NCBI GenBank assembly: GCA_000708835.1
Contig: DF237050.1
Span: 139,296-203,295 of the forward strand
Reading direction: 5' to 3'
Source: Klebsormidium nitens
Taxonomy: Eukaryota > Plantae > Klebsormidiophyceae
DNA: 64,000 nt
Made by a program: the position numbers and the translations under genes. The first letter of the stretch is position 1; each line of letters starts with the position of its first letter. Below the pieces are notes generated by a model. That model was not told the DNA's origin and searched no databases. It saw nothing but the letters and a program-made list of their open reading frames with translations. Shown here piece by piece: positions 50,301-63,084 of the stretch.

Positions 50301-52946
50301 GCCGAAGGACTTGCTGTTATCAGATTTGAAGCCAAGGATCGCTGAGGAGGACCACTTAGCACCTCAAATACTGAATATTATCTGCCCTGTTCATGATCCG
50401 TGTTCTCAGTGTTGGGTGGCTCAATCGCAAAAGGCGTAGCATTAGGCCAGGCAACGTTGAGACTATGCGAAGCTCAGTTTCTGCGAAGACTTGGAGTCGA
50501 GTAGGCTGAACAGGGAAAGATTAGTGATTTCTTAATTTAAACGGAGATCAAACATAGGGCGAGCCAAAATCCTATGGAAGTCCCAAGCGCACATCATTGT
50601 CAACTTCTTCTGGTTCATGCTCACCTGCAGTCCTTGACGATTTGCTTCATTACCAGGTGTGGGTACTGTTTCGCATCTCTTGTTTGGCTGGGGTCGATCC
50701 CCTCCCTTACGCCTGACCTCCTGCATGAATAAAGCTCGAGTGTGTGAGGAGCAGCCGGTGACAGTCACAAGAATGGACGGCTGTTGCGAACATGATGACC
50801 TGTAACTTCCAAATGCAGAACCGAAAAGGTTGGCCGTGCTTCCAAGCAGAACTTTAGTAGCTCGTAAGCATTAGTGCCAGCTAAAGTCTCCTATGACGTC
50901 TACCTTCGTGCGGCTCGCACCTTTCCAAAATCTCTCCTGGTTGGTGGAACATAGCTAGCAAGATCTCTCTAGGAGTGTGAAAAGGCACCTGGTTCTCTCC
51001 CTCAGCCCCGGTTGTCTCGAGCGTTGATCCTTTGGGTGCTCGATCGTTAGATGTGGACAATGCTCTTATCTCGCTTGCCTTCGGTTGGTCGCTTTCTTTT
51101 TGACTCACCTCCTGCAGTAAAGTCCTTTGGTCAGAAATTGAAATGAGTACGAGGTTCCGTGCAAGAATAATCTTCAGTGGAACTTAATGCTTGCACAGAT
51201 CAGTACCTTTGCAAATTTCAGAATGGCTCCGGTTGTGCTGCCAAAGTAGATTACAGTTGCGCGTGAACTCGGCGCCTGCTACATGTAGTGCATAGTCAGA
51301 CTGAAGTTGCTTTCACCTGTGCTTTGGCGTGCTGCGCCCCGTTCCCGCTTTCTCCTGGTGCCTGAGCCTGGCCTCCCGCATAGCTTGGACTTACGCCTTC
51401 AGCAGCTTTGCCGCCTTGTGCCTGCATAGAAGGACCTCCACTTGTTTGAGACGGCAGTTGATCCTACCAGACAAGTATGTGCAGACCAAATGAGGTTGTC
51501 TAATCGCAATCAGCATCAAACAGGCCAGACTATATTTGTGCGGCAAGCTCAGTAATATGCAATTCAGATTCCATCATGAACCATCTCGTGTCTAGAAAAG
51601 GTCGACATTGTCCGAGCACTTACCTGGATTCTGGTAGCTTTGTATTTTGTCGCCTTCTTTGATTGTTGTTCAGCGTAGCGTTCAGGATGCAGTCGGAGCT
51701 CCTTGAAATGCTCCACAATCTGTGAGAAGGATTTATTGAAGGACTCTGCGATCAAGAGACAGAGAAAAGCAATCAGTGATCTGTATTCAAGGTCGCTGGT
51801 CAGACACGGGCCCTTCTTGATCACTAAGATCCAGGTGACTACTCAGCTTTGGCTCAGGCTCAACCTCCTGCTTGACCTTTTACATAGCATTCCGAGCATT
51901 GAGCTCACAGCACAAGAAAAGCTGGAAGGACCAAGAGGTCGAGTCAGCTTGCGATCCCTTCACCGCACTGGAACCCACAGGCTGATGACGTGAATACTGA
52001 CATTACTCTTCATTCATTCCTTGATTCATTCCTTGATGCTGACTTCTAAAGCACTCAATACTTCCAACCACATTGATCAGGCATGAGTATCTTTCCCAAC
52101 ATGGCTGCATTAGAGTGCCATAGGAAAATGTCACCACAACCTCTTAGCCTTATCTCCAGAAAGAATAGTCACGCTGATTCAAATTGGAAAGCTTGGGAGC
52201 GTGCGCAAAGATTCAACTCACCGGTCGGCCACGTGTATGATTTGCCATTTTTGACCTCTAGCTCTCCACCGTCGGTGTCTTCCATAGTTTCTTTGAAGAT
52301 TGCTTCCCTCCATAGGATGTCTTCTTTTCTGGTTTTGAAATTCATCATCCTCACACGGTCGACTGTTAGCTTCTCGAAGGCCGTCTCTATCCTGTCTTTC
52401 AGATCTTTGTACCACCTTCGAAGTGTCCGCACGGCAGGCTTTCCGATTCTGCTTTCATAAGAACCACTGTGAACCATATGAGAGAATAGATGTTCAAGAT
52501 CCACAGCATCGTCGGCAGACTCAATTCGAGCACTTCCTTCTTTCTCTCTAGGGTCTTGAACTCCTTGTGGCTGAGAAAATTTAGCTCCAGGCTCTGCATT
52601 GAGCTCATCAATCCTAGAACTCTCCTCGAAGGGGTTTCTAGGACCACCAGCTGATGATTTCTCTCTGAGTGAAATCTCGACACACTCGCCAGCAGATTGT
52701 TGCCAGCCTTGCTTCAACTTCTTCAGAAGCGCTGAATGGCCAACTTTGATTTTCACACCACTCTCCATCTCGACAAAGAAGTCAATTGCTCCATCTTGAA
52801 GCGCTAGAAAGGCTTCTCCAGTCAAGCACTCGTCAATTACGTACGTGCTATATCTTGCTGTGGGCACCAAGCTGTTCAGCAATCACTTTAGCTAGTTCTT
52901 CCGCTGTAAAGCTGGTCACTTCTTCAAGGCTAAACCTGGCAGCCAT
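47325..52946 (-). CDS. Transposon-borne second gene (TnpA-like accessory protein) with SAM-like N-terminus, PHD-like finger and long charged low-complexity region; model incomplete and frameshifted in the first exon
   Basis: ATG at 52946 gives MAARFSLEEVTSFTAEELAKVIAEQLG, continued in another frame by RYSTYVIDECLTGEAFLALQDGAIDFF..KIKVGHSALLKKLK. Exon ~51625-51720 gives IVEHFKELRLHPERYAEQQ. Exon ~50040-50262 has C-x4-C-x10-C-x2-C-x4-H-x2-C-x20-C-x2-H. Exon ~48330-49317 is K/E/G-rich and splices in phase 0 to exon ~47340-47530 (VTRKEAIKAINGLKLENISK). The 3' end may extend to ~46170. Confidence 0.55.
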
Positions 52947-53816
52947 TGCAACGCGATCAAGCGGGGATCAGGCGCTCACGGTTCCTGCATTTGAGCAACC
53001 ATAAAGCTAATCTGCCAGATCTGCGACTTCAACAAGCTTTCTTGCTACTACAAAGAGAGTCTCTATTATCTACTTCTGCAGTGGATTGCAAAGTGGCGGG
53101 AAGTGTTGTCAATTTTAGCTGGCATTGCTCCCGCATTGCTGCAATTGACGTTCAACTTCACAGCTTCCAGAGTGTTCAACAGCACAAGCTGTCAGTGTCC
53201 ATACATCGACGGTTAGTTTGGAGATGCATGGTTCAATCGACGGCACCCGGTACGACTACTCCAGTGCGCGAGCTCTAGAGGGATCGCAGCTAGCCCGGAC
53301 ATTGAGCCCGCAGAACCCTAATCTGGATTCGATTTTTAACCAATTTATTTCAAATATTTGTGTAATTTGGCTTGTGCCAAAAGCGGAATGACTGGCATGA
53401 ATTTTCAATGTTTGACACTCTTCTCCAACCAGCATGTTTTCATGTTGCTGTGCCACTGAACCAACAACTATATATCCCTGCACCGATCTTCACTTCTTCA
53501 AACTGCCAATGATCAAGAGGCTCTTGGCCAGCTTTCGGAACTTACAGCGGTCACTTCGTGGATTCAAAGGAGGACCATGTCTAGGATAAGGCTTGATATT
53601 ATGTGCTGGAGAATGAAGTAGAAGTGGCTTTTTAGCCCTTGGTGCACCAAAGTAGAAACAAATCTAACAGATTGAAGGAAAAACAATGTCAATATTGGTC
53701 ACGCAAGGCTTAACTTCTTGGCAAAGAAGCTGACCCTCAGTGAATAGACACAAAAAAGATGGACAAGAGCCAGTCCAGACCTTCAGCCAGCAAGTTGAGC
53801 TGCTTCTAAGCAAAAA

Positions 53817-56800
53817 ATGATGAGACGCAGGTATGTGAAAACATCATTTGTCTGTGAGTGAGCTTTTTGGAAGATAATGTGTGCCCCATTGCTGAGCACT
53901 GGCTGAATACTTGAGCTGAATACTTGGACAACTGGACAATCTGCTGTCTTGCATAGCCTTGGCATGTCCTTTGTAGAGACATTGTGCGGAGCACCCTGCA
54001 TCAGTGCTTGTTATGGCTGCAGGTCAGTTGCATGGCATTGGCTTGACTTTTGTGTTTTCTCATGCGGTTGCCCTCACAGCCTGATTGCTTACATTTCTCC
54101 TCCAGATCAAGACAGCCTCCAGTTAACGAGGACGGCCTTGAGCTCTGCACTTGCGTATTTCAGGGCTGCGGCAAGAAAGAAAGCCGATATATCCCAAGGA
54201 CGACACGCTTGTATCACGAAGCTAGAGATAGAGAAGTACTAGAGGCAGCAGAAGTAGTCCGCATCCCTGAAGGCAATGCCGGCTCAGCTTGCGGCACTGA
54301 GAATGAGGAGCAGGATCACGGGGGTCTCGTTGAGGGCGCTGATCAAGCTCAGGCAACCGGGGGAACTGATACTGATGGAAATGCTGCCTGGCAAGGGCTT
54401 GCGAACCGGATGGAGATCGACGTTGAGGCGCCCGACTTTGATCCAACAGAAGCAGAGCCAGCGGAGGATCCGCTGCTCTTAGAAACAGGAGTAGAAATCC
54501 TAGATAGAGTGCTTGATCTGGTGAAGAAGGGCGACGCGGCAGGGTTCAGCAACAGTGATATTAATTGGATCCTGAAGTGGGGACTAGGGCAAAAAGAGTC
54601 AATCGCCGCCGCACTGGACCCTGACTGGCGCGCAAGAGCTAAAGACCTCAACATCATGGACTCGCACGACCAGGTTGGCAAACATCTATGCATGGTCTCA
54701 GCCCGTTGCTTAGGCCTGGTCCTTGCTCTTGTTGATACCACAGCGTAGACCTGCCATCATGGGTAAAAGGCGTGCAATCCTCATTGTTTGGTCAAAGCTT
54801 GAGTGCCCCTTGCTCCAATGTTTCATCTGGCGGCAGCTTGTGCTTGTCTCCAAATTCTCTAGTCAGAATCCGCAAGCAGACTTTGCATTGGTGATTGTAA
54901 GGTGACATAGATTGAATTATGATGGTTTGGCACTGAGCGCACACGTTTCCGCACAAGTTTCCGGTTAGGTTGAGATCAGCTCATGAGCAATTGACAGTAC
55001 CTGCACGTGTTTGGAACGAAGGGGAGCCAGAGTTCTTCTAGTACATGAGGTATCGCGGAGGGCTTATTTGCAACCTTAAACTGTGATCAGATTCGAACCC
55101 TCACAGACTGATGCAGTCGCTGGATATACAATCTGGAAGCCCTTGGCTTACCTCTGACCTCTATCCACCACAGGTCTTTAACTTCCTGATGCGCACGTCG
55201 CGCCTGCTCGGCGAGCCGCAGCTGTGGCGGTTCCACGAGGGTGACGCTGGAAGCTGGCACCTGTTTAGACCGAGCGCAGAAGATGGCGACCTGCCCTGTC
55301 CGCACTGTCTGGAGGGGCCCAACCGGCCAAAGTGGCGCGACTGCCCTGCGCATCAAGAGCGGTGCGAGTGTGGGTTCCTCCGGCGGGATGCGCTGGAGCT
55401 GCCCTACATCGGGCTGGAGCCGTATGTGCGAGCGAAGCTGACCACCGAGGCTGGCTGTGAGGATATGCTGGGGGCTTGGCGAGAGCGAGAGCGGTGGCTC
55501 AATCAACCTCTTGAGCGTGTGCCGGAACCCCAGCTCGAGTACTGGGACGGAAAGCGCTTCCGGGAGCGGTCCAATTTCTTCGATCCGAACGCCACGTGGC
55601 TCCTCCCCCTCGCTTGCCCAAGCTGCTGTCGCGAGCGCCCCGTCTACTGCTCAAAAAACCTGGAGCTCCCCTTCTACGTTCGGCCGACTCCAGAGATGTG
55701 GAATGCAAGCAGCGGCTGCTTTGAAACCGAGTGCCCATCCTGTCGGCAGCCCTTTAGCGCCAGAAGATGGGAACTGGAGTGTTCCGGAGACCCAAGGAAC
55801 GTGATCTTTGGGTGCCATGTGGATGGCTTTCCCTCCTCGCGGACGACCAACAAGAGCAGTTGCATCCTAGACGCCACCCCCTTGGTCGTTTCGAAGCGCC
55901 TACGCTACCGCGCCTGCGAGGGGTGGCTCTGGCCCCTTTGCTTTCCCCCGGAAGAAAAACTGAAGAGCGGCCCGGAAGCATACGACCCGTTCATGTTGCT
56001 CCTAGTCCTAGATTCTATCCGGCTCTTTACGGATGGAATTCTGGTGAAGTACGCACTCGATCCCGCCAAAGTCAGCCCGGACGTCCCCCCTCGAGACGGA
56101 CGGCCTGTTCGCGTCCGGATGGTCATGTCCTGCTTCTTCGCCGACCTTCCCGCCCTTGCTGACGTGGCAAAATTCAAGAGGGGGGGGTGGCACGTGTCGC
56201 GACGGTGTCCGCAGAGGGCAGTAAAAGTTGGGGACCAGCTAGTCTATGCGAACGGGCGGCGCCTTGTGCGCGACGGCTGCGGAAGCAAGGAGATGCAAGA
56301 CGTGGTGGCTGCAATGTTGGAGCATCTCGGGGCGAAGACGAAAGCGGAGCGGGACGAAATTGGCCGAAGAACGGGGGTCGTGGGGTTTAGTATGCTGGCC
56401 ATCTTGGGGGGGGTGTACGAAATGGACCTGGTGCTTGACCTGTGCGGTGACTGGCTGCACAAGGGCTCGGAATATCAAGTGAAGCACCACGCACGGGACA
56501 CGTTGCTCCCGGTCACCAAAAAGGTGGGTGACGTTCTGGTGCAAGTAGCACCCCCCCGCGTCAATCTCAAGGAATTCGGAAAGCGGCTGCAAGCGATCAG
56601 CCCCACGCGTAAGCTTGCGGACGGCCGGTGGGTGAAGGATCCGGAAGAGCGCTCCCTCGGATTCTGGAAAGCCGAGGAGCACGAGAAGGCGGCGCTCTAT
56701 TGCTTCGAGACTGCTTTTGCGGGAATCATAGACGAGGAGGGGTACGCCGTCACCCAGCTCGTCGCGCGCATCCAGCAAGCGGTGTTCGTCATCGGCTCCC

Positions 56801-58735
56801 GGCAAGGCTGGACCCCGCAGCTGCGAGCAGTGTTTGACCGGCTCTGCAAAGCCAAGTTCGCGCGCGCCGAGGAGTACTTCGGCCCCAAGCTCCGCCCTCT
56901 CGAGCACGACACCTGCCTCCACACCCTGTCGGACATCCTCAATCACGGTCCCCCCGACAGCCTCTGGTGCTACCTCTGCGAGAGGCACATTCGCAAGCTC
57001 ATCAACACCCCCAACAACGGGAAAGAGTATGAAAAGACGTTGTTCAAGCGGGCGCTGAGCGGGCTGGTTGTCGATTGGCTGCAGCAGCGAAGAAAGGAGG
57101 CGGCGCTGTGGCGGGCGCGGCAGTCGGCTGGGGACGAGCTGTGGGGTGAGGCGAGGGAGGGGTTAGAGGGCGGCATCGTGTTTGCCTCCTCGCAAAAACG
57201 GGCGGTCGCGTACGTGGAGGGCCTTGAAAGGTGGCTCCCGAGCAACCGGCAGCCGTCCGACGACAAGCTGCTTGGGAGCGTCCGCGCAAACGGGGTCGCC
57301 GTCGGAAGCCTACCACGAACGTGGGGGCCCCGTGCATACAAGACCCTTACAGCCCCGCAGCGGATCGGCGTGGAGGGAATTCTCGCCAGGTTGGGAGCCG
57401 GAAATGCAAGGGGCCTCCAGCTTGACTCCAAAACCGTAGTGTTTTTGAAAAGCCTGCAAAAGGGGGAGCATAATTTCGCCCCAAAAGACTTCGTGGTATT
57501 GCGGGGGGCCGCGGCGGGCGCGGAAGGGGAGGAGCAGTTTGGACGGTTGGAAAGCATCTTTTCCGCGGCAAACAGGCGCGGCGCCAGGCACCTGTTCTTG
57601 GACGTCCGGTGCTTTCCGGTCCAAACGGAAGGGGGGGAGCCTGCGGGGGGTCAGTGGCACAATTGCCTCTTGCTGGGAGCCTTGAAGCCGTTTTCTGGAG
57701 ACCGCGTGCGTCCGGCGAGCGCCCTAGTGCGTCACTTTATACCGTACGCGGAGCCGGGCGAGACCGTATTTACGAGTGCGTCGAACCACGTCATCGAGGT
57801 CTTCCCCTCCAGCTTCGGCTTTGACGCGGACGACGTTTGGGTTCCTGTTTTTCCCCGGGTTAGCGATTGTTGTCGTGTCTCTGGCTTTCTTTGTCTTCGG
57901 CTGTTCTGATTGCTATTCAAGGTGCCGAGGTTGCACTGACCACTTTCGTCTCAGTTTACGATTCAATGCAACTCTCTATTTGACTTCATAACGAATGGGA
58001 TGGGACGCTCGCTTTCCGAACGTCCGGCAGGTTCGCAGTCTGTTGGGAGGACCTTTCCTGTTGTCTGCAAGTTGCCTGTGGTGACAACTACCTTGCTGCC
58101 ACGCTTTTTGGCGCACGACACGCAACAGAGGTGCCGGCCGGATCAAGTCAGCTGTGGATCCTTTCAATGGCAAAGACCTTTTACTTAACGGACTCCTCGT
58201 AATACCTTGACAGGTCGGTGACGTCGTCCGGCTGCCGGTGGTGGAACCGCCTGACGTCATTCCGGAAGGGGTAGCTGGGAAGTGGGGCTACGGAGTGCCC
58301 TTGTCCGTGCTGAAGTCGGTGCGGCCCGGGCAGTCGGTGGCGTACGCTCTCGTCAGGCGAGTGAACGAGGAGAACAAGATGGTGGACGTGCAGTGGCTGA
58401 AGCGGACTCCTGGCGAGAGGACGCTGCCGGACGGCAGCAAAGCGGGCATCTGGGGTTTGTGGCCGGTTAGCATGCGGACAAAGAACGGCGCCCTGGTCGA
58501 GGAAGTGGAGGGGGAAGCTGAAAGCGACTCAGATGCGGAGGCGGAAAGCGATCGGGTTCAAAGCGGGCGGGCAGCAGGGTCGGAAGGGCGGTTCGCTTTA
58601 AAGCGCGCGCACTGGAACGCAATCCTCGATCGTGTTGAGGGCGTCCAGAGAGCCGAACGGGATGCAGACGGGCGTGCTTTGGCAGGGGGGCCACTTTTCA
58701 GCTTCAAAGAGCTGCCCCCAGTACGACGACGATGA
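53817..58735 (+). CDS. CACTA/EnSpm-type DDE transposase, 4 exons, about 1260 aa
   Basis: Exons 53817-53830, 54106-54673, 55174-57858 and 58214-58735 splice in phase with no internal stops. N-terminal CTCVFQGC..RTTRLYH. Core motifs EYWDGKRFR, HVDGF (D), FFADLPAL (D), CGDWLH, FWKAEE, NHGPPDSLWCYLCERHIRKL (E). C-terminal beta-rich BAH-like segments KDFVVLRG..FGRLESIF..LFLDVRCF and RVGDVVRL. The 14-nt first exon is tentative. Confidence 0.88.
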
Positions 58736-59419
58736 CCGGTGTTGGGGGAACGAGAGAAGGCCGTTGGACGGGGTTCGGTTAAGGCTCAGAAGCTAGACAG
58801 CATAGTTCTCGGGGGCCGGGCGGGTTGCGGGATACGAAAGGAGCTCTAAGGAGATTGAGCGGAATGAGGTACGCAGCGGAAGTCAAAACGAGCAGAAACC
58901 GAACGGAAGTAGAGGGTTCCAGCGGAACGGAGAGGGGCCTGCTGGCGGAACGTCTGGCCCGGCCAGAAAACGAAGCGGAAGCGAAATGCAGTCGGCAACG
59001 CGAGCGGATCCAAGCGCATTGTCTCAACAACCGGGAAGAGTGTATGGAGAGTGCGGGGATGGAGCGGAAGCGGAACCATTCTGGAAACGGATCGGAATGC
59101 AGATTGCCGTGCAACATTCAAGCGGAAGGAGAAACAAGCGCAGTCTGGATTGAAGCGGGAGAAGGTCGGCGCGTATAAACTGATAGCTACGAGTGGTTGT
59201 TCAGGCGGAGAAGCGAGCCGGTGGAACGAGATGCTGACCGCCGGTCCTCGCGATTCCCTCTTCCGAACGGCCGGAACGTCCCAGCGCCCTCGGTCGCCTT
59301 GGCCGGTGGAGCGAGCGGACGCGCGGTCAAGCGCGGACGCGTCCGCGCACTGCCTGCCGAAGCAGGTCCGGGGACCCCTGATGGCGGAGAGGACGCACTG
59401 AAGCCTTGGTAAGCACGTT

Positions 59420-59860
59420 GGCAGGAAGCTAGTGTAAATGTGTACCAGATTCTGACGTCACCTGCCTTCGCACACAGGCTGAGTGAAGACCGACGCGCGC
59501 ACAAGGTGCCGCACTTCGATCGTTGCGTCACAGGCCACAAAAGGCCATAATCACTGAATAAACCTAAAGCTGACGTGAGCAATTGCTGAATTCTGACGTC
59601 AGAGTGCACCCGCGCAGGCTGAAGAGGGGGTGGCGCGCCCCGGCGAGGTGCTCTAGGTTGATCGCTGCAGCAAGGGGTTGACAAGTACGGATGTGCGGAG
59701 TGGTCCAAAAGCCGACGTGAAAGATCCCTTTTGCTGACGTCACGCGTGTGCTCGCGCAGGCTAAACCAGGATACGGCGCGCGCGAGCTGCCGGAGATTGA
59801 CATGCCGGAGCTAGCGGCATCGCTGGGGTAACTGTTCTGGAGCGGCACTGCCTGCGGACG
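59420..59860. repeat. Degenerate 141-bp tandem repeat (3 units), each with TGACGTCA
   Basis: TGACGTCA at 59453, 59594 and 59735 (141-bp spacing), each followed by CGC(G/A)CAGGCT and G/C-GCGC. AAAGC(T/C)GACGTGA precedes units 2 and 3. Confidence 0.7.
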
Positions 59861-62800
59861 TCGTCAAGGTGAGATTGCTCGAGTGTCATCTATGACGTGA
59901 AAGCCCTCCTTTCTTCAGTTAGTATGCCATTTTCGCTCCTTCCTCGGGTCGAGTGTTCAAAGGAGTGACTTGATCGTTAGCCTTCGTCCATGTTTACCTG
60001 GGCAGTCGCGGTGTAGATGAGCTTCTTTCTTGGGGGCATCAATGCGCTCAAAAGTTACCGTTGACATCTTGATTTTCGGGGGTGATTGAGCTCGTCTTTG
60101 TAATCACGAGTGGTTTCCACCTTTGGCCGCCTCCAAGCGCGCAATCTCACATCGGCGGCTCTCAGTCTCATCTAAAGTCTCCGCTAGACACTGCCTCCGA
60201 ACCCTTATGCCGGTCGGCGGACGCGATCATCGACAGTCTGCTTCAGAGAGAAGAGGGTAATGTTTTTGAAGGCCGGTTGGTTCATTCGCCAGTAAACCTC
60301 CAAGAGCTATATCGTTCCCCTCGGTCTGTGGGAAGATCTCGGTGCTCTTGTTTTCCTAGGTTTTTCCTGTATCTTCTAGGGACTTGCTTAGGACTGACCT
60401 TCTCCGATCGCACCTCATGTAGTAGGGCTGTAAAACGTGCTGATGACGAGAAGGATCTAAGACTGAACCAACAATTATCGAAAGTTGACCTTTCTGAATT
60501 CGCCTCTTTTTTCCGCAGTACGGTCCGATCACGGACATGGTTCACAGCAGCACCGAGCAGGCTGGCACCACCTTGGACCGCACAGACTTCGCCCCGCCCA
60601 ACATACAACCGTGCCTGCCACGTCAGCAGTCTAGGAACGCCACCGGTAGGTCTCCACGGCCATTTATGAAGCTATATTTTCTTCGACTCTATTTCAGAAG
60701 ATATTGTTATCCCTTCAATGCCGAGTTTCTAGTCCGTGCGTGGCAGCCAGTGGCATGTCGAGTGTTCATACGATAAACAGCAGCGCGGCCGCGTCGGGCG
60801 CCAACGGCACACGTTCTAAACGAGGAGGTGAGGCGGCCGGAAGCGGAAAACAACCGGAGACGGAACGCCACTGGGCCCAACAGTTCCAAGACAAGTCCAA
60901 ATCTGATCGATCCAAACGGAACGTATCAGGGTTCCTCCATGGATTCAAATGGATTCGAACAATTGCAAGCTTTGACCACTCTCTTATCCAGGTTTAGACA
61001 GGTGTCAACGTCGTCCACTTTCCTTTGAAGGCGTTTGAATTGACGCAATGAGCAGGACGGAAGATGTGTGGGGTATTCATCTCGGACGCGCGCCTTCAAC
61101 TTCTTTTGCCTCCAGTGCAGCTCGCACGCCTCGGGCGGATGTTCCAGAGCAACCTCAGCCCTCAACGGTCTCGGTCGTTATTGCAATTCGCCGCCGCCAG
61201 CGCCAGCTGCGCGCTCACGTGGTTGCACCTGCGCGCCACCCAGGTGAGACTGGCGACCTCAGCAAGGCTTTCCCTTAGCGCCGCGCCTACGCACGCGCCA
61301 AAAAAGCCGGCGTACGCACTCGTTGCCGCCCGGGCGGAGCGCACGCCCGGGCATCGGAAATGCTCCCAAGTCCGTCGTGTGCTTGGTCATACTCTTGTAC
61401 GTACTGGAATGTCGTGTGCCTTTGTCTCGCTTTCCTCATTGCACTGCTTTGATTCTGCCTGTTTGAACTGTTTCTATCGACAAACAACGGACGACACCGC
61501 TTACTTTCTCTCGTCAACTTGAAGATCCGAACGCTCCGTTCCCGTTTGGTGCAGGGGCCCTTCTCCTAAGAGGTGCCTAATTCACGCGCACGCGCAACGC
61601 GGCCGCGATCGAGCCCGATAAATTCGTGTTGAAAGTGAGACGTCTGACCACTGCTAACATGTCCTTTTTGAAGACGCAAGTTATAGTATGATTGCCTATC
61701 GCCGCTTTGTGCATTTGAAAATGTGTTGTGCGGCGACGAAATTCACGTGGATCCCGGCTACGAAAGTCCTGACTTCCAGCGAACTGTGTATGGGTGGCAA
61801 TCATGGTCCCCTAAACTATGCAACGTACTGCTCGAGGGTTCACTTTGGGGACTTGCGGCAAACGTCTGGTGGAGAGCGCTCTTATCCTTTCGCAGACACA
61901 CTAGTCCTGATGTCAGTCGGGCTTTCGAGATTGTCTTTGAAGGAGTTCCAGATCAATTGGCATGTGGACACCGTACTACAGGAGAAAGGAGATTCGTTCT
62001 ATGTTCTGTCGGCCTCCTATTGAAGCAAAGCTTTCAAGCATGCAGCCAAAAAAGGAGGAGGGTTTTGTAATTTCCTCCCTTGAACTCATCAGTTTTCGTA
62101 CCCGTGTGCTTTTCCTGTGGGTTTCTTCCAGCAGACGTTCAAATTCTTTGTTGCAGTGGGCCTTCATGCTTCTCTGGCCGCACCAAGCGGCATGTGACGC
62201 TTTTTTTTGAGAAGAGAAGAAGCCGCTGCGAGCCCCACGGCGGCCATACGCAAACGGAGCCCTTTCCAGTGCTATACAGCATCTTCGCAGGTGAGGCTCC
62301 TCAGTTTATGTTGGCTGGAAGACTTTCTGAAATCACGTAGCGACAGATCGTCTTTAGAATGCTCGAAGCAGGCAAGCCCTCAGCAGCATCCTCTTACTCA
62401 CTGTCCGGAATCCATTATCCGCATTAAGTGTACCCTTCACATGTGGTTGTCATCAAGGCAGCCATCCGACAGGAACCCGACATCCAAGCTTTTTGTGATA
62501 GACGCTTTGGGTTATTGTCGTGATATCGGGACGTCCCCTTTGTCTCGAACAGGAATAAGATCTTACTTTGACGCATTGTCCGGTATCGGGACTACAAACG
62601 AAACTCAATGCAAGGACAACAGACCAGTCAAACAGCGTTCGTTGGAACGATTCTTTGTTTGCACTGTATATGCACATCATGATGATGCTTGCACAAACAT
62701 AAGTAGACCGGTTCTGTGACGCGTCGTGAAGCACAAGTGGCCAACATGTATACTGAAGTCGACAAAAAATGTGTTTTGTCTCTTGTAGAATTGGCTGAGA

Positions 62801-63084
62801 CCACGCGAGTGCGAAGTCCGAGGTCACAACGAGATCGACCCAAAGAAAGGGCTAGATCAGCCGCTCAAGGTCCCGCCAGCTTTACTTTAATGTCAAAGAC
62901 CGGGCGTCTGTTCAGCGTGTTTTTCAGGATAGATCCAAGTCTACTCAAAAACGATCAGTGAGGTAAACTGCCAATAGAACATATTTGAAGCAGACGGTAA
63001 GTGACTTGGTAACTATTGTCTATCAGACGGGAGAAGGCTTGCTCTATGTAAAGTACTGAAGCTAGAAAACTTGGCGGCTAAGTC

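Noticed and set aside
58779-59401. E/R-rich short ORFs with many CGGAA/AACGG motifs after the transposase stop
   Set aside because: No consistent repeat period or protein motif; similar motif bias also occurs at 48120-48175 and 48700-48800, so it was treated as element composition.
61890-62560. Possible Ulp1-like protease cargo (GVPDQLACG, FVIDALG)
   Set aside because: Catalytic residue order and spacing do not fit H-D-Q-C, and no HW motif was found; left as unassigned cargo.
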